Positions 38,661 through 52,785 of a stretch of 64,000 nucleotides of DNA are shown one piece after another. Made by a program: the position numbers and the translations under genes. The notes under the pieces are model-generated. The model had not been told where the DNA came from and made no database searches. It saw nothing but the letters and a program-made list of their open reading frames with translations. This DNA is from Mobula hypostoma. Its lineage: Eukaryota. The stretch's first letter is position 1. Each line of letters starts with the position of its first letter. Location: assembly GCF_963921235.1 (NCBI RefSeq), contig NC_086108.1, positions 80,850,001-80,914,000 of the forward strand, in the 5' to 3' direction.

Positions 38661-39659
38661 AAAATAACACACAAAATGTTGGAGGAACTCAGCAGGCCAG
38701 GCAGCAACTATGGAAAAAAAAAGCATCAAGGAAGTCTCCTTTTTGCCGGTAAGGGTTTTGTTATTGGGTCTCACCATATATAACCTCCATCCCATAAACT
38801 TGAATCCTCTCAGCAATGGCTGGGGAATTCAACAGAATTAAAGCCTTGTACTGGTAGTTTGTTACATTAAGCAGGATATTCCTGTTCCAGAACATTATCT
38901 TTTTGCAAGCCACATCAAATGAATACTTGATAGCTCCTTTTCTCCAGCCAAACTGTAAGTGTCAGCTCCAGCAGGGAACTGGTAAAATAGAGTACTCATG
39001 GAGAAAACAAAGCAAGTGTTGCCTTGTACTTAGATGCAAATATATAACAGTTAAGCAACAGGATTTGTAATTAAGTGGTCTTTTTAGTGACTTGCTGTGT
39101 CTGCATGCCAACTTCCTGTGATTCCTGTGTACCACCTCTTTTAATCTCTTACCATTAAAAAGAAACACCCTGCAATTGTATATGATCACCAAAATGGATG
39201 ACGTCATATTTGCCACTTTACATTCAATCTGCCATGTCCTTGCTCACTCACTTAACTTGTCTATATCCCATCAAATTCTCTCTACGTCCTCTCCAGAACA
39301 CTTACAGACCCTGTTCCCTGTAGCATCAGCAACCTGGACATACAGTATTATAATTAATCCCTTCATCTAAAGTTTGGTATAGATTGTAAACAGGTGGGCC
39401 CCAGCACCTATCCCTGTGACATACAGTGCCTCTAGTCACAGCCTACCAACCTATGGTATTCCTATACCATAAAAACATGCCAGTGCATATAGTTTACATT
39501 TAAAGCTCTTTGAAACAGCCCAGCAGCCAACTTAACTCACAATGGTCACAGAAAGCCCATCAATGCTTAGCGGACCGGGGGGACACAAGAAACAAGCTAC
39601 AAATTCAGTCCACGTTGTCTGATTCTCTGAAATTATAAAGGTAATTTTAAAATATATTA

Positions 39660-39970
39660 TTTAGAGATGCAGAATGGAATAGGGTCTTCTGGTCCACCAA
39701 GCTGTGCCACTCAGCAACCCATTTACTTAACCTGAGCTTAATCACAGGGCAGCTTACAATGACCAACTAACCTACTAACCGGTATGTCTTTGGACTCTGG
39801 GAGGAAACCGGAGCACCCGGAGGAAACCCACATGCTCATGGGAAGAATGTACAAATTTTCTTACAGAAGATGCCAGAATTGAACTCACAACTCTGAAGAC
39901 CTGATCTGTACTAGCACTAAGCTAACCACTGTGATGCTTAGAGCAGCAGTTAACACGGCACTGTTACAGC
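39660..39970 (-). mobile_element. HE1/V-SINE-like SINE
   Basis: Core gggtttcctccgggtgctccggtttcctcc..agtccaaagac on the minus strand; related to 52515-52785. Confidence 0.7.
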
Positions 39971-41539
39971 TCATATTAGCATCCAAATACCATACAAACT
40001 GTATTCAAAGATGTTTAATTTAATACTTTTATCTGTAATACTAGAGCAATTGTGCCACTGACATCTTACGGAGACTTATAATCGCTATAAGTTAGAGGGA
40101 ATGACCAAATCAATTCTTAATGTACCTCTGGGATGTTATGCTGCAGAGGTAGAAGACATTGATGATGCTGCATATGGAATTCTTGTTCAGTTTTGATCAC
40201 CATAGGTCACCAAGCTGGAGAGATTGCGGAGGAGATTTACAAAGTTGCGGAGATTTGAGGGATTGAGTTATGGAGAAAGAAAGCAGGTTAGCATTGTTTA
40301 AATTGGAGCACAGAAGAGGTACGTAAAATATAGAGTGATCTACAGGTACATAAATTCATAAAGGGTATTGATAAGATCAATACTGGGTTGAGGAATCAAG
40401 AACTAGAGGGCACAAGTTTAAGATGAGAGGGGGGAGATTTAATAGGACCCTGAGGTGCAACATTTTTACCAAAGAATGGTCAGTATGTGGAACAAACTGT
40501 CAAAGGAAGTGGTTGAGGCAGGTACATTAATAGCATTTAAAAGATAGTTGGACAAGTACAAGAGTAAGAAAGGTTTAGAAGGATATGGACCAACTATGGA
40601 CATTGGGACTAGAATAGATGGAAACCTTGGTTGGCACGAACAGTTGGGCTATAGAGCCCATTTCCATGAAGTATATCTTCTTTCTGGTTTCTGCTTTTGA
40701 ATATACTGTACCCTTAATCTATCCCAGTATATTTCCTTGGTTTTATGTCCTTCAGATTTTTTAATAGCCTTCAACCCATCCATTTATTTGTTCTGCTAGG
40801 AAGCAACTCAAAGAGCACTTAACAGATTTGTCAAACGTGAAATTGTTTTCATTAATCAATGCTGAGTCACCCAATCTTAATATTATTTTTTTCAGTGTCC
40901 TCCTTTAACTTCCTTAATAGTAGATTCCAGCTTCTCCCTTATTACTGATGTCAGTCTCACTGGTCTATGGTCCCTTGTTTTTTCTTTCCCCCCCTCCTTA
41001 TGTAGGAGGGTTTATTTACTATCTTCCAGTGGCTCTGTGTATATCAGTGTCAGTGAGCTAATATTATATTTCTTTCAGAGGTCTTGAACAGACGGCACTC
41101 TGAATTAAATACTCTAGGGATTTACATATGACAAAAACAGCTCTCCATACACCTGTTTCTGTTCAAACAGTATCATGGTTTGATTATTAATTGTTAGGCA
41201 GTGATGCTTTCTTCGGTAAAATGAACTAGAATCTGGTGTAGAGTTTGCTAAGGTTGTGTGTGTTTTAAAATTAAAACAATTCTGATACTTGGTATGGCTA
41301 GATAATGTATATAGTATAAATCATTTAAACTTTACTTTGCCAAAATAATGAAAATGCATTACAGTGATGCATTGTTTTCAGAAACATCGAGAAATTGTGG
41401 AAAAAAAAGAAAAGATAAGGAACGTGGGAGGAGCTTGGGTCATGCAAGTGCTAGCATGGCCCAGATGGGCTGAGTAGCCTTTTACTGTGCTGGATATCCT
41501 ACGTTAAGCTTTTTGGTGCTGCCCTTTATGAGTTAGTGT

Positions 41540-44330
41540 CATAGAGTCATAGAAAATTACAGCACAGAGACAGGCCCTTCGGCCCATCTACATGCCGACT
41601 CATTTAAGCTGCCTTGTCCCATCAACCTACAGCCGGGCCATACCCTCCATTTCCCTCCCATCCATGTACCTATCCAAACTTCTCTTAAATGTTGAAATCA
41701 AAATCACATCCACCACTTGCACTGGCAGCTCATTCCACAGTCCTACCACCCTGAGTGAAGAAGTTTTCCCTCATATTCCCTTTAAGCATTCCACCTTTCA
41801 CCCTTAGCCTATGACCTCCAGTTGTAGTCTTGTATGGGGGGTGGGTGGTTACTGCACAGGACCGGAAGAAGGTACAGAAATTTGTAAAATTAGTCAGCTC
41901 AGTCTTGGGTACTAGCCTCCGTAGTATCCAAGTTATCTTCAAGGGGTGGTACTTCAGAAAGGTGATGTCTAATATTAAGGAGGGCCATCACCCAGGACAT
42001 GCCCTCTTCTCATTGTTACCCTCAAGAAGGAGGAAGGAGGTACAGAGCCTGAAGGCACACACTCAGCAATTCAGGAACAATTTCTTCCCCTCTGCCATAC
42101 GATTCCTAAATAGACATTGAACCCGTGAACACCACCTCACTTTTTTAATATATATTATTTCTGTTTTTGCACTATTTTTATACTACTTAATATATGTACA
42201 TATACTTACTTTGATTGATTTATTTATGTATTCTTATCTCTGTATTATTGCTGATGCTAAGTTAACACATTTCATGACGTGTGCCGGTGATAATAAATCT
42301 GATTCTGATTCTGTGACGCTGCTTTTAAGAAATTGTGGACCTGTATTCCTAGATCCCTTTGTTCTACCACACTCCTCAATGCACTACCACTCACTATGTA
42401 ATACCTACCCTGGCTGGTCCTCCCAAACTGCAGCATCTCACACTTGTCTGCATTAAATTCCATTTGCCATTTTTCAGTCCATTTTTCCAGCTGATCCAGA
42501 TCCTGCTGCAAGCTTTGATAGTCTTCTTCACTGTCCACTACACCCCCAATCTTGGTGCCATCCACAAATTTGCTGATCCAGTTAACTACATTATCATCCA
42601 GATCGTTGATCTAGATGACAAACAACAATGGGCCCAGCAACAGTCTCTGAAGCACTCCTCTAGTCACAGGCCTCCAGTCAGAGAGGCAGCCATCTACAAT
42701 CACTCTCTGGTTTCTCCCACAATGCCAAAGTCTAATTCAATTTACTACCTCATCTTGAAAGCCAAGCAACTGAACCGACTTGACCAATCTCCGATGTGTG
42801 ACCTTGTCAAATGTCTTGCCTTCATCAACTTTCCTAGTAACATCCTCAAAAAACTCTATAGAATTGGTTAGACACAACCCACTGATTTCAGGCTCACCAT
42901 CCTATTATATCTTGGCTTACTCTTAGAGCCTTTCCTAAACAGTGGAATAACATTGTCTGTTCTCTAATCCTCTGGTACCTCACCTGTGGCTAAAGATGAT
43001 TTAAATATCTCTGCTAGGGTCCTGACAATTTCTGCACTTGCCTCCCACACAGTCCAAGGGAACACCTTATCAGACCCTGGGGATTTGTCCACTCTAATTT
43101 TTCTCATGATAGCAAACACCTCCTCCTCTGTGATCTATACAGGGTCCAAGACCTTGCTGCTGTTTTGCCTCACTTCTATAGCTTCTGTGTCCATCTCCCG
43201 AGTAAATACAGATAAAAAAAAGTCCATCTAAGTTCTCCCCATCCCTTTTGGCTCCATGCATAGATTGTCATTCTGATCTTCTAGAGGACCAATTTTGACC
43301 CTTGTCCAATTTTGTCTTTTCCATAGATGCTGCCTGGCCTGCTGAGTTCCTTCTTATACTCCTCAGGTACCTCATTTGGTCCTACCTGCTTACATCTGCA
43401 ATGCACCTCCTTTTTCTCCTTAACCAGGGCCTCAATATCTTTCAAAACCCAAGATTCCAAAAAGCTGTTATCCTTGTCTTTTATTCTGACAGGCACATAC
43501 AAACTTTGTACTCTCAAAATTTCACTTTTGAAGGCCTCCCACTTACTAAGTACACTTTTGCCAGAAGATAGCCTGTCCCAAACCACACTTGCCAGATCCT
43601 TTCTGACACCATCAAAATTGGCCCATCTCCAATTTAGAATCTCAATCCAGGCCTCTCCTTCTTCATAAATACCTTGAAATTAATGGCATTATGATCACTA
43701 GAATCAAAATGTTCACCTCCTGTCCTGTCTCATTCCCTGTTAGGGGATCAAATATTGCATACTCTCTCATTGGGATTTCTATGCACTGATTAGAGAAACT
43801 GTCCTGAACACATTCGACAAACTCCATCCCATCTGATCCTTTTACAATATGGGAGTCCCAGTCAATATGTGGAAAGTTAACATCGCCTACTATAACAACC
43901 TTATGTTTCTTATAACAGTCTGCAATCTCTCTCCAAATTTGTTCCCATAATCCCACAGACTGTCGAGCAGTCTATAATATCGCCCCATTAACATGATCGT
44001 ACCTTTCTTATTCCTTAGTTCCACCCGTAAAGCCTCACTAGACAAGTTCTCCAGTCACTCCTCACTGAGCACTGTCATGACATTTTCCCTAACTGGTAAT
44101 GCCACCTCTCCCCCTTTAATCCCTCCTACCACGACTAAAACAGAGAAACCCCAGAATGTTAAGCTGCCAGTCCCTCCCCTCCTGTAAGCAAGTCTCACCA
44201 ATGGCTACAATATCATAATTCCATGTGTTGATCCATGCCCTCAGCTCATCTGCCTTTCCTACAAAATCTTCTTGCGTTGAAATATACGCAGCTCAGAACA
44301 AAAGCTCCAGCAAGTTCAACCCTTTGAATC
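41540..44330 (-). mobile_element. Degenerate CR1 ORF2 with a Rex1/Babar-like insert (about 41830-42313, +)
   Basis: VIVGDVNFPHIDW; TKIGGVVDSEEDYQSLQQDLDQLEKW..WQMEFNADKC; insert has HPGHALFSLLPS..NNFFPSAIRFLN and a (TCTGAT)n tail. Confidence 0.88.
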
Positions 44331-47300
44331 CTAATTTTGTTTATTTTAACAACATCTGTCTCCACTATCTGTTCTGGCTTATCTGGCTCCCATCCCACTC
44401 CAACTCTAGTTTAAAGCACCCCCCGCCACCCCGTGTAGCACTAGCGAACTTTCCTGTTTGGACTCCAAAATGAAATTCTTGTGCCTTTATTGGCAATAAC
44501 AAGACACACTGAGCTGAACTGGGTCCACAGGCCATATTTCTTGTTGTCACATATATCAAGGTAGAATGGCAAACCTGCCTTACCTACCAATCATGCAGAT
44601 CAATTCACGATAACAGTGCACTGAGAGAGTACAAAATAGATCATAACACAGTACCTTTCTTACATCTCCATTAGAACCCATCTTGTTTCAATAATATCTG
44701 CTATTTACTTTCCGTCTGCAAAAGCCACCCACACATATGAGGGTCTAGTGCGAAGGGCTGATCCAACTGAATCTCTCTCTAAGTGCCATCGAGGCAGTAC
44801 TTTTGTTATTAGAAACATCTAAGAAATTTTAAGATTGCTTTCAGTAATATGAAAAAAGTTACAAAAAAGAATTTATAATAAGAAATAATAAAACATAATA
44901 AAAAAGAAAGTTATGTAAAACACAACTAAGAGAACTTGCTTTACTTTCCTTTCCCCATTTAGTCTACGTTTAAATGAATGGACATTCCAATTCTTGGAAA
45001 CTGAAATGTCCATTCCAGGGGATCTATAGCATAAGCAGGCTCCTGGTTAAGCACCCTGGGGAGGAGGCCAGCGCCAGAGAGAAGTGAGGTATGAGATAGT
45101 GTCTGTAGCTTAGCAAGTGCCCCACATACACTTGGCCCAGTTGATCTGGTGACTGTCTCTGAGCATTGGAAGTGCTGGCCACAGCAGCTTGATTTGGTCT
45201 CTTCTTGCAGTTGGAAAATAAACAGCAGATATGATTGAACGAAGAGTAAGAAAGTATTGTGTTATGGTTTACTACATACTACCTTAATGCACTGTTATAA
45301 TGAATTGGTCTGTATGAATGGTAGGTAAGATAGGTTTTCCATTGTACCTCGGTACATGTAACAACAATAAACCGATTTACCAATTGACCGGATAACTGGA
45401 CAGTAATAGCAAACCACATTTCTGTTAGTTTTTGGCATCATGTCATAAATCTTAGAACCAACTTACAAATAATCATATTTTGCAAGCAATTCTTCATTAG
45501 ACTTCAAAAAAAATTGAGCAGGAATGAATTTCAGTGGCAGGGAGATGTGAGACATGAGGCAGGGAGAAGATTGATCACACTGCGGGCAGGCAGGTGAGAG
45601 TTAATGCTCCCTCAGGATTATGAAGAAAAATTGAGGAGGCATGTATTCTCCTTCACTTCCACACAATTCCAGCATAATTGATTTAGCAAACTGAATCCTT
45701 TCTGTAGGTTTTCTGAATTCTATCGCTTTATTTCCCTCTCTGAAGACCTGACATTTTACCTCAGTATTCACAGTGCAACATCTGTTCACGCAATAGACCT
45801 CATACTCTGTGAGTGACTTCATTGAGACCACAGAACATAGATCAATACAACACAGGAACGGGCCCTTTGGTGAAACATATCTACATCAAAACAAAACTAA
45901 TTCCATCATGTGGTCTTTTTCCAACTATTCCCTGCCTGTTTTTGTATCTCTCTAAATGCCTCTTAAATGTTACTATCATGTCTGCTTCCGCCATCTTCAC
46001 TGGCAACATATTTCAGGCACCTACTATTCTCTGTGTAAAAAAACTGTGGCCTTCTCACTTTACAGCCATACCTTCTAGCAGTTGATACTTAAACCCTGGG
46101 GAAAAGACTATCTATTTATCTGTGTCACTCATAATTATATATACTTCTATCAAGTCGTCTCTCAGCCTCCAACACTCCAAAGAAAAATATTCAAGTTTGT
46201 CCTACCTCTCTTTATGGCAAATACTCAAATCAGTGCATAATTTGTCCAGAATTCACCTTAATTCTGGGGACTATCTCACCCATCTTACCCTCTTCCCCCA
46301 CCCTCATTACCTGCCCACCACTTCCTTCTGGTTCCCCAACTCCTTCTCTTTATTCCACAGTCCACCGTCCTTTTCTGTTAGGTTCCCTCTTCATCAGCCC
46401 TTTACTTCTTCCACATATCACCACCCAGCTCCTCACACTCTCCCCGCCCTCAAACATTTACCTTACTCCTCCCCAAGTCTCTCCTATCACCTGCTAAGTG
46501 GTCCTCCTCACACTCCACCCCCCCCCCCACCCATCTTCTTATTCTGGCTTCTGTACCCTTCCTTTCCATTCCTGATGAAGGGCAATTGTTAATTCCCCTC
46601 CATCGATGCTGCCTGACCTGCAGAGTTTCTCCAGCATTTAGTGTGTGTTGCTCAAGATTTCCAGCATCTGCAGAATCTCTGTGTCACAGGATTATTGAAA
46701 GTATTTGCAGCCAATTTATGTTAAAAACACACAGTCTCTATGGTGAAAGAGATTTAGATAGGGAAGGCATTGAAAAATACAGTCCTAACATGGACAAATG
46801 AAATTAGTATAAATTGGCAAGAAGGTGTAGTGGGCTGAAGGACCCATTTCTGTGCTTTACAATACTGACACTTTGACTCTGTGAATCCTGGGGACTAATG
46901 GAATTAATTGTATGCAGCAGGCCCCCATAACTGCACTGTGCAAAGAACCATATGACTTGCTTTTAAGGTTTTGTTTTCAGACTTGTGTATAGACCAGAAG
47001 AATGTGAAGAAGAACTACTTTGTTCCCAGAGTGGAACAATTGAACCTTCTATGTGCTCTGAGAGAGCAAAGAGGCCACAGCTTAACATCTCATCTGAAAA
47101 TCCACTCCAGTAGTGTTGTACAGATCCTAGCACATCATTTGTACTCATATTTAAGTATCACCTTGCGCAAACTCAGGACATCCCAAAATACTTTATAGCC
47201 AAGAGGTACTTTTGTTGCACTATGATTTGAAATACAAAGAAAATTGCAAACAATTTATGCACAGAAGATCACACAATTAGTAATATGTTGACCAACAGAT

Positions 47301-47714
47301 AACTGTTTTGCTTTTGTGGTATTCACTGAGAGTTAATATTGGTTTGGGAGCAGTTAATAACCCTCAGCCAGCAGGATCCTGGACCAGAGGGGTAACTTCA
47401 CTCATCCCATTACCACAACCTATGGACTAAGTCCCTTCATCTCAAGTTCTTGACACTTATTGCTTATTTATTAATTATTATTATTGGTAATAGTAGTAGT
47501 AGCAGTATTTCATTTTTAATTTTCTTTTAGTTGGTGCAGTCTTGCTTCGATTCTTTTATAGTTATTGGATTTGTTAAGTGTGCTCATAAGAAAATGAATC
47601 TCAGTGTAGTATATAGTGATATATATGTACTTTGATAATAAATTTACTTTGAACTTTGACCATTTGCCCAACTACTAGGTGTAAAAGTAGTCACCATGGC
47701 AACGGCAGAAATCA

Positions 47715-49010
47715 GGAAACAATCTCAAAAACAGAATCAGGTTTATTAACCTATTTGGTGTGAAAGTTGTTGTTTGCAGCAGCAGGACAGTATAAAGACA
47801 TAAAATTACTATAAAGTACAAAGTAAATAAATTGTGCAAAAAAAAGGGAACAATGAGATAGTGTTCATGGGTATATGGGCTGTTCAGAAATCGGGTGGTG
47901 AGGGGAAGAAGCTGTCCCTGTCTCATTCTGCCTGTTACATTAAGGGTCTTTGGACCCCTGTACCTTCTTCCTGATGGCAGTAACAAGAAAAGACCATGTA
48001 TCAGATGGTGATGGTCATTAATGACAGATGCTGCTTTCTTCAGATATCACCTCTGGAAAACTCCTTGATGGTGGGGTGGCTATGCTCTTGGTAGAGCCAG
48101 CTAAATCTACAACCCTCCGCAACCTCTTGCGTTCCTGTGCATTGGAACATTCATACCAGGCTATGATGCAACCAGTTAGATGGCTCTCCACCGTATATCT
48201 GTAGAAATTTGTATGAGTCTTTGGTGACACACCATGTCGCCTCAAACACTTAATGAAGCAGAACTGCTTGGCATGTCTTTTGCATTTGCATCAGTTGTGT
48301 TGGGCCTAGGATAGATCCTTTGAGATGGTGATGCCCAGGCACTTGAAACTGCTCTCTGTTTCCACCACTGACTCCTCAGTGAGGACTGGTGTGTGCTCAC
48401 CCAACTTCTCCTTAGGACTGTATTAGATCGATTGTGTGTGCATGCCACTGATTGATTTTGCAGTGAATTGACAGGGCCTCCTGTGAGCAGGTGGCATTCT
48501 CTTTTTGTGCGGGATTTCGAGTGCACGTTTTCATCTTGGTGGGCCTGGTTCTTCACTCCAGCACTGTAAATTGCCCAGCATGTACTATGGTTAACATGGC
48601 TCAGCAAAACATTTAATCATACTGTTCCATTAACATTCTTGCTCTGCGTATACGTAACACCCTTCATGCAGTTTACAATCAATTCCTTGGTCTTGCTGAT
48701 GTTGAGTGTGAGGCTATTGATGCATTCCCATATACCTTCTCTTACACAGACATGAGCGTAGAGAGAGTAGATCAGTGGCCTAAACATGTATGCATAAGGG
48801 GCATTTGTGTTGATTGTCAGAGAGGACAAGACGTATTGATTTGCATCAGCTGTGGTTTCCTGATGAGGAAGTCAAGGATGCTGTTGCAGAGAGAGCAACA
48901 GAGGCCCAGCTTTTGAAGTTTGGTGATTAATACTGAGGATAATGATGTTGAATGTCAAGCTATAATCAATAAACAGCAGCCCGATGTATGTTCTGCTGTT
49001 GTCCAGGTGC
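47715..49010 (-). mobile_element. Degenerate Rex1/Babar-like LINE
   Basis: LTLNISKTKELIV; TNFYRYTVESHLTGCIIAWY; LLPSGRRYR. Confidence 0.75.
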
Positions 49011-49344
49011 TCCAAAGCAGATTGGAAAATCTGTTGTGGCAATCTTCAAAATAGGTGCAAAATCTTCAAAATGTTGTAATTTTCAGAGTAGGTGATCTTT
49101 TAAGCCCCCCTGAGAGGGTAGAATGGACCGCAATTTGACAATCTCATCCAGAAAACGGCATCAAGAATTGTGCAGCGCCCTCCGTGAAGCAGCAACTTCA
49201 CTATTTCTGTCACATCTCTAGAGCTGGAGTCAAACCCCAAACCATCTGAATCAGAGAAGAAAAAGCACTGAGCCATCAATAGCACACTTGTGGAATGAGG
49301 AAGAGTGGAGCTCCCAATCAAGCCAGCAGAGTACTTTTAAGATA

Positions 49345-49980
49345 ACAAACTTATTATCAGAGTGCATACGTGACACCACATACAACCCTGAGATTCCCCT
49401 TCCTGCAAGCATATTTTGCAAATCTATAGAACAGTAACTGTAAACAGGATCAATGAACAACAAACTATGCAAATTCAAATATAAATAAATAGCAATAAAT
49501 AACGAGAGCATGAAATAACAAGATAAAGAGTCCTTAAAGTGAGACCATCAGTTGTGGGAACATCAGAAATAGAATGAGTGTAGTTATTCTCTTTTGCCTA
49601 ATGGTTGAGGAGTAGTAACTGTTCTCAAACCTGGTGGCGCAAGTCCTGAGGCTCTTGTACCTTCTACCTGATGGCAGCAGTGAGAAAAGAGCGTGGCCTG
49701 GGTGGTGAGGATCTTTAATGATGGATGCTGCTTTTCTACAGAAATGTTTCATGTAGACGTGCTCAAAGGTTGGGAGGGCTTTACTCATGATGTACTGGGC
49801 CGAATCTACTAACCTCTGTAGAATTTTCTGTTCAAAGACATTGGTGGTCCCTTACCAGGCCATAATGCGGCCAGTCAGCCCACTTCCCACCACACATCTA
49901 CAGAAGTTTGTCAAGATTTTTGATGACATGCCGGATCTCCACAGACTCCAAAGGAAGTAGGGACACTGTCATGCTTTCTT
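49345..49980 (-). mobile_element. Rex1/Babar-like 3' fragment
   Basis: RKAASIIKDPHHPGHALFSLLPSGRRYKSLR. Confidence 0.8.
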
Positions 49981-50739
49981 TTCTGTTAAAACTTCTACAA
50001 GCAGCACTGAAAGCCTCTTGCAGAATGCATTTTTGCAATTGCAATTTGACTATAAAATGCAGGTACACAAATTTTGAAAGTGGACAATGTAAAAGAGCCA
50101 GTGCATCAGTCTATGGGTTGAACTCATGGAGAAAAGGGAATTGACATGTTGTACAGATTGGAACAAGATCTAAAAAATAATATTCAGCCAACCTCGAACA
50201 GATTGGAGATTATGAACTTCTGCTTTCCTTGTGTAACCTCATTGTCTTCACATGGTCACAATTGATCTATTCAGGGGCAGCAAGATGTTATTGTTTAAAC
50301 ACTTGTTTTGTTTGAATAAACAAGAATTCCATTTGCTTCACACAATAAGCTCTCTGACAGTCAGAATGCAGCATCACAGCCGTACTGATAGCTCAGCGTC
50401 TTTATGCAATTGCACTCATATTTTGTTCCCTTATCTACACACGAACATCCACAAGGTACCTCAAAGATGGGCTACCAGATAAAGTTTGACATCAGAATGG
50501 GGTGAGTGGAAGGCTTGGGACACATCAGAGCCAAGGGTCCAAGGCAGCTGAAATGCCTTGTGAAGAAACCTAAGCACATATAGGAGATTAGAGAAGCGAG
50601 AATATGGGAATTGCTGACTAGGCAGTCATCTTGAGGAGCACCACAGTGGCTATCTCAAACTTTTAACTCACCTTCTGACTCCCACAGAAACCCATCTGTC
50701 TTCACCTTCACCCTTGCTAAAGGTCACCTCCCTCACTGT

Positions 50740-50892
50740 GCAACACACATAAAATGCTGGAGGAACTCAGTAGTTTAGGCAGCATCTTTGGGGCGACTGA
50801 TGAAGGGTCTCGGCCCAAAACACCGACTATTTATTCCCCTCCACAGCTGCTACCTTACCTGCTGAGTTCTTCCAACATTTTCAGTGTGTTGC
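50740..50892. repeat. Fold-back of PLE terminal sequence with a central hammerhead remnant
   Basis: About 48-nt imperfect inverted arms (gcaacacac..aaaatgctggaggaactcag / ctgagttcttccaacatttt..gtgtgttgc) around CTGATGA-AGGGTCTCGGCCC. Confidence 0.8.
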
Positions 50893-52180
50893 TCACTATT
50901 TTCAACATTTTCTGGTGTGTTGCTCACGATTTCCAACATTTTCTGTGCACCCGTCTCATTGTGATTCCCTGGTCCAATTATTGCTCCCCACGTACCCCTC
51001 ACAAACCCTTGATACTTTCCTCTGCAACCGTAAGAGATGTAACACATATCCCTTCTCCTCCTCCGTAATCACTGCCCAGGAACCTAAGCTTCCCTTCCAG
51101 CTGAGGCAGAGAACACCTGCATCCATCTGACCTAGTCTCGTGCATTGGTGCTCTTGATGGGGCCTCCCCCATGCATAGACTAAGCAACTGTTCTGCGGAG
51201 CACTTGTGCGCTGCCTGCAAAGGACACTACCAGTTGTATGTCATTTTAACTCTTCTACCCACTCCCAGATCAACATGGATGTTGGCAGCCTTCGCCAATG
51301 CGACAGAAAGGCCAAATGCCAGTCAGAGGAACCACATCTCATATTCCATCACAGTAGCTTGTAGCCTAATTGTGTGAATATTGAATCAGTCCAGCTTCAG
51401 ATAGACCTATGCCATCTGTTGTTCTCTTCTTCCACACGTCCACTTGTCCACCTAGTTTTATCTCCCTTTGTTCACCTCTTCTACCCCTCTCTCCTTACTT
51501 GGTTCTAACTGCATATCATCCTCTCCTCATTTAGATTCACCTATCCCACCTCAGCCCCTTCTCTTGCTGCTATGTACTGGCAGATTTTCCAGTTCCTCCT
51601 CCACGCTGGGATAGAAAACTCTCCAGGGGTGCGCCAGCAGAGATGTCCCAAAACTGAAATGGCTGACCACCACCAGTGACACCTCTCCAGAGACTTTAGC
51701 AGGAAAGTTTCTTTGGAAGCGGTTAAATCAAAGTCCTGTCTGCCTTCTCAAAATGCAGGACTTATAAAAGAATAAGAATGGTACCCTGATCAATATTTTT
51801 CCCTCAGCCACTATCACTAAAACAGATTACCAGATTGCCTTTGTGGTGGGACGTTCCATCGTGTAAATTCATCGCTGCGTTTCCCTGTATTTTAATGTCA
51901 TTTCTGGTGTGTTATGGGAGAGTCCAGGCTCTATGAAAGAGATTATATACATGCAGATCATAAACACAAGAAATTCTAGAAATCCGGAGTAACACATACA
52001 AGATTATGGAGGAACTCAGCAGGTCACGCAGCATCTATAGAGAGAAACAAACAGTCGATGTTTTGGCTGGAGACCCTTCATCAGGAAATAAATGCAAATT
52101 CTTTAATTATATGTGAATGTAGCATGTAAAATGGATGTGTGGAGGGAAGCCTACAATTGCTCTTGGGGGGGGGTAGGGGA

Positions 52181-52223
52181 AAGAGGGGAGAGGGGGAGAG
52201 GGAGAGGGAGAGAGAGGAGAGAA

Positions 52224-52257
<34 letters not shown>
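52181..52257. repeat. (GA)n / polypurine microsatellite
   Basis: Directly visible. Confidence 0.95.
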
Positions 52258-52514
52258 CTTTTGCAGTATTTCTTTAAGTCATTAACACAGGCTCAAGTGG
52301 AGCACTACAACCTGCTGCCACCACTCATTGCATAACCTGATTATGCTTCGATAATTAACTTAGAGGCCTTATAAACAGGGACTTTACACAATTGAACAAA
52401 TCTCAGGAGGTCCTAGATGGCCTGGAATGCAATTTGGTGTTGAAAGATTTGTAGTGAGAAACAATTCAATGTGCCAACATGAGCAACAATGAGAAGGGAA
52501 GATTTTTTTAAAAA

Positions 52515-52785
52515 GGTACAGCACAGAACCCGCCCTTCCGGTGCAACAGGCCACACCGCCCGGCAGCTCACCAATTTAACCCTAGCCTAGTCACAGGATG
52601 ATTTACAATGACCAATTAACCTACCAACTGGCACGTCTTTGGAATGAGAGGAAAACTGGAGCACCCAGGGGAAAGCCACACGCTCGTGGGCAGGACGTAC
52701 AAACATCTTACAGACGCAGTCTGAACTGAACTCTGAACTCCAAGCTGTAACAGCATTGCACTAACCACAACACGACCGTAGCGCC
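52515..52785 (-). mobile_element. HE1/V-SINE-like SINE
   Basis: tRNA-like head (gtggttagtgcaatgc..gagttca) and gggtgctccagttttcc..tccaaagacgt core on the minus strand. Confidence 0.7.
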
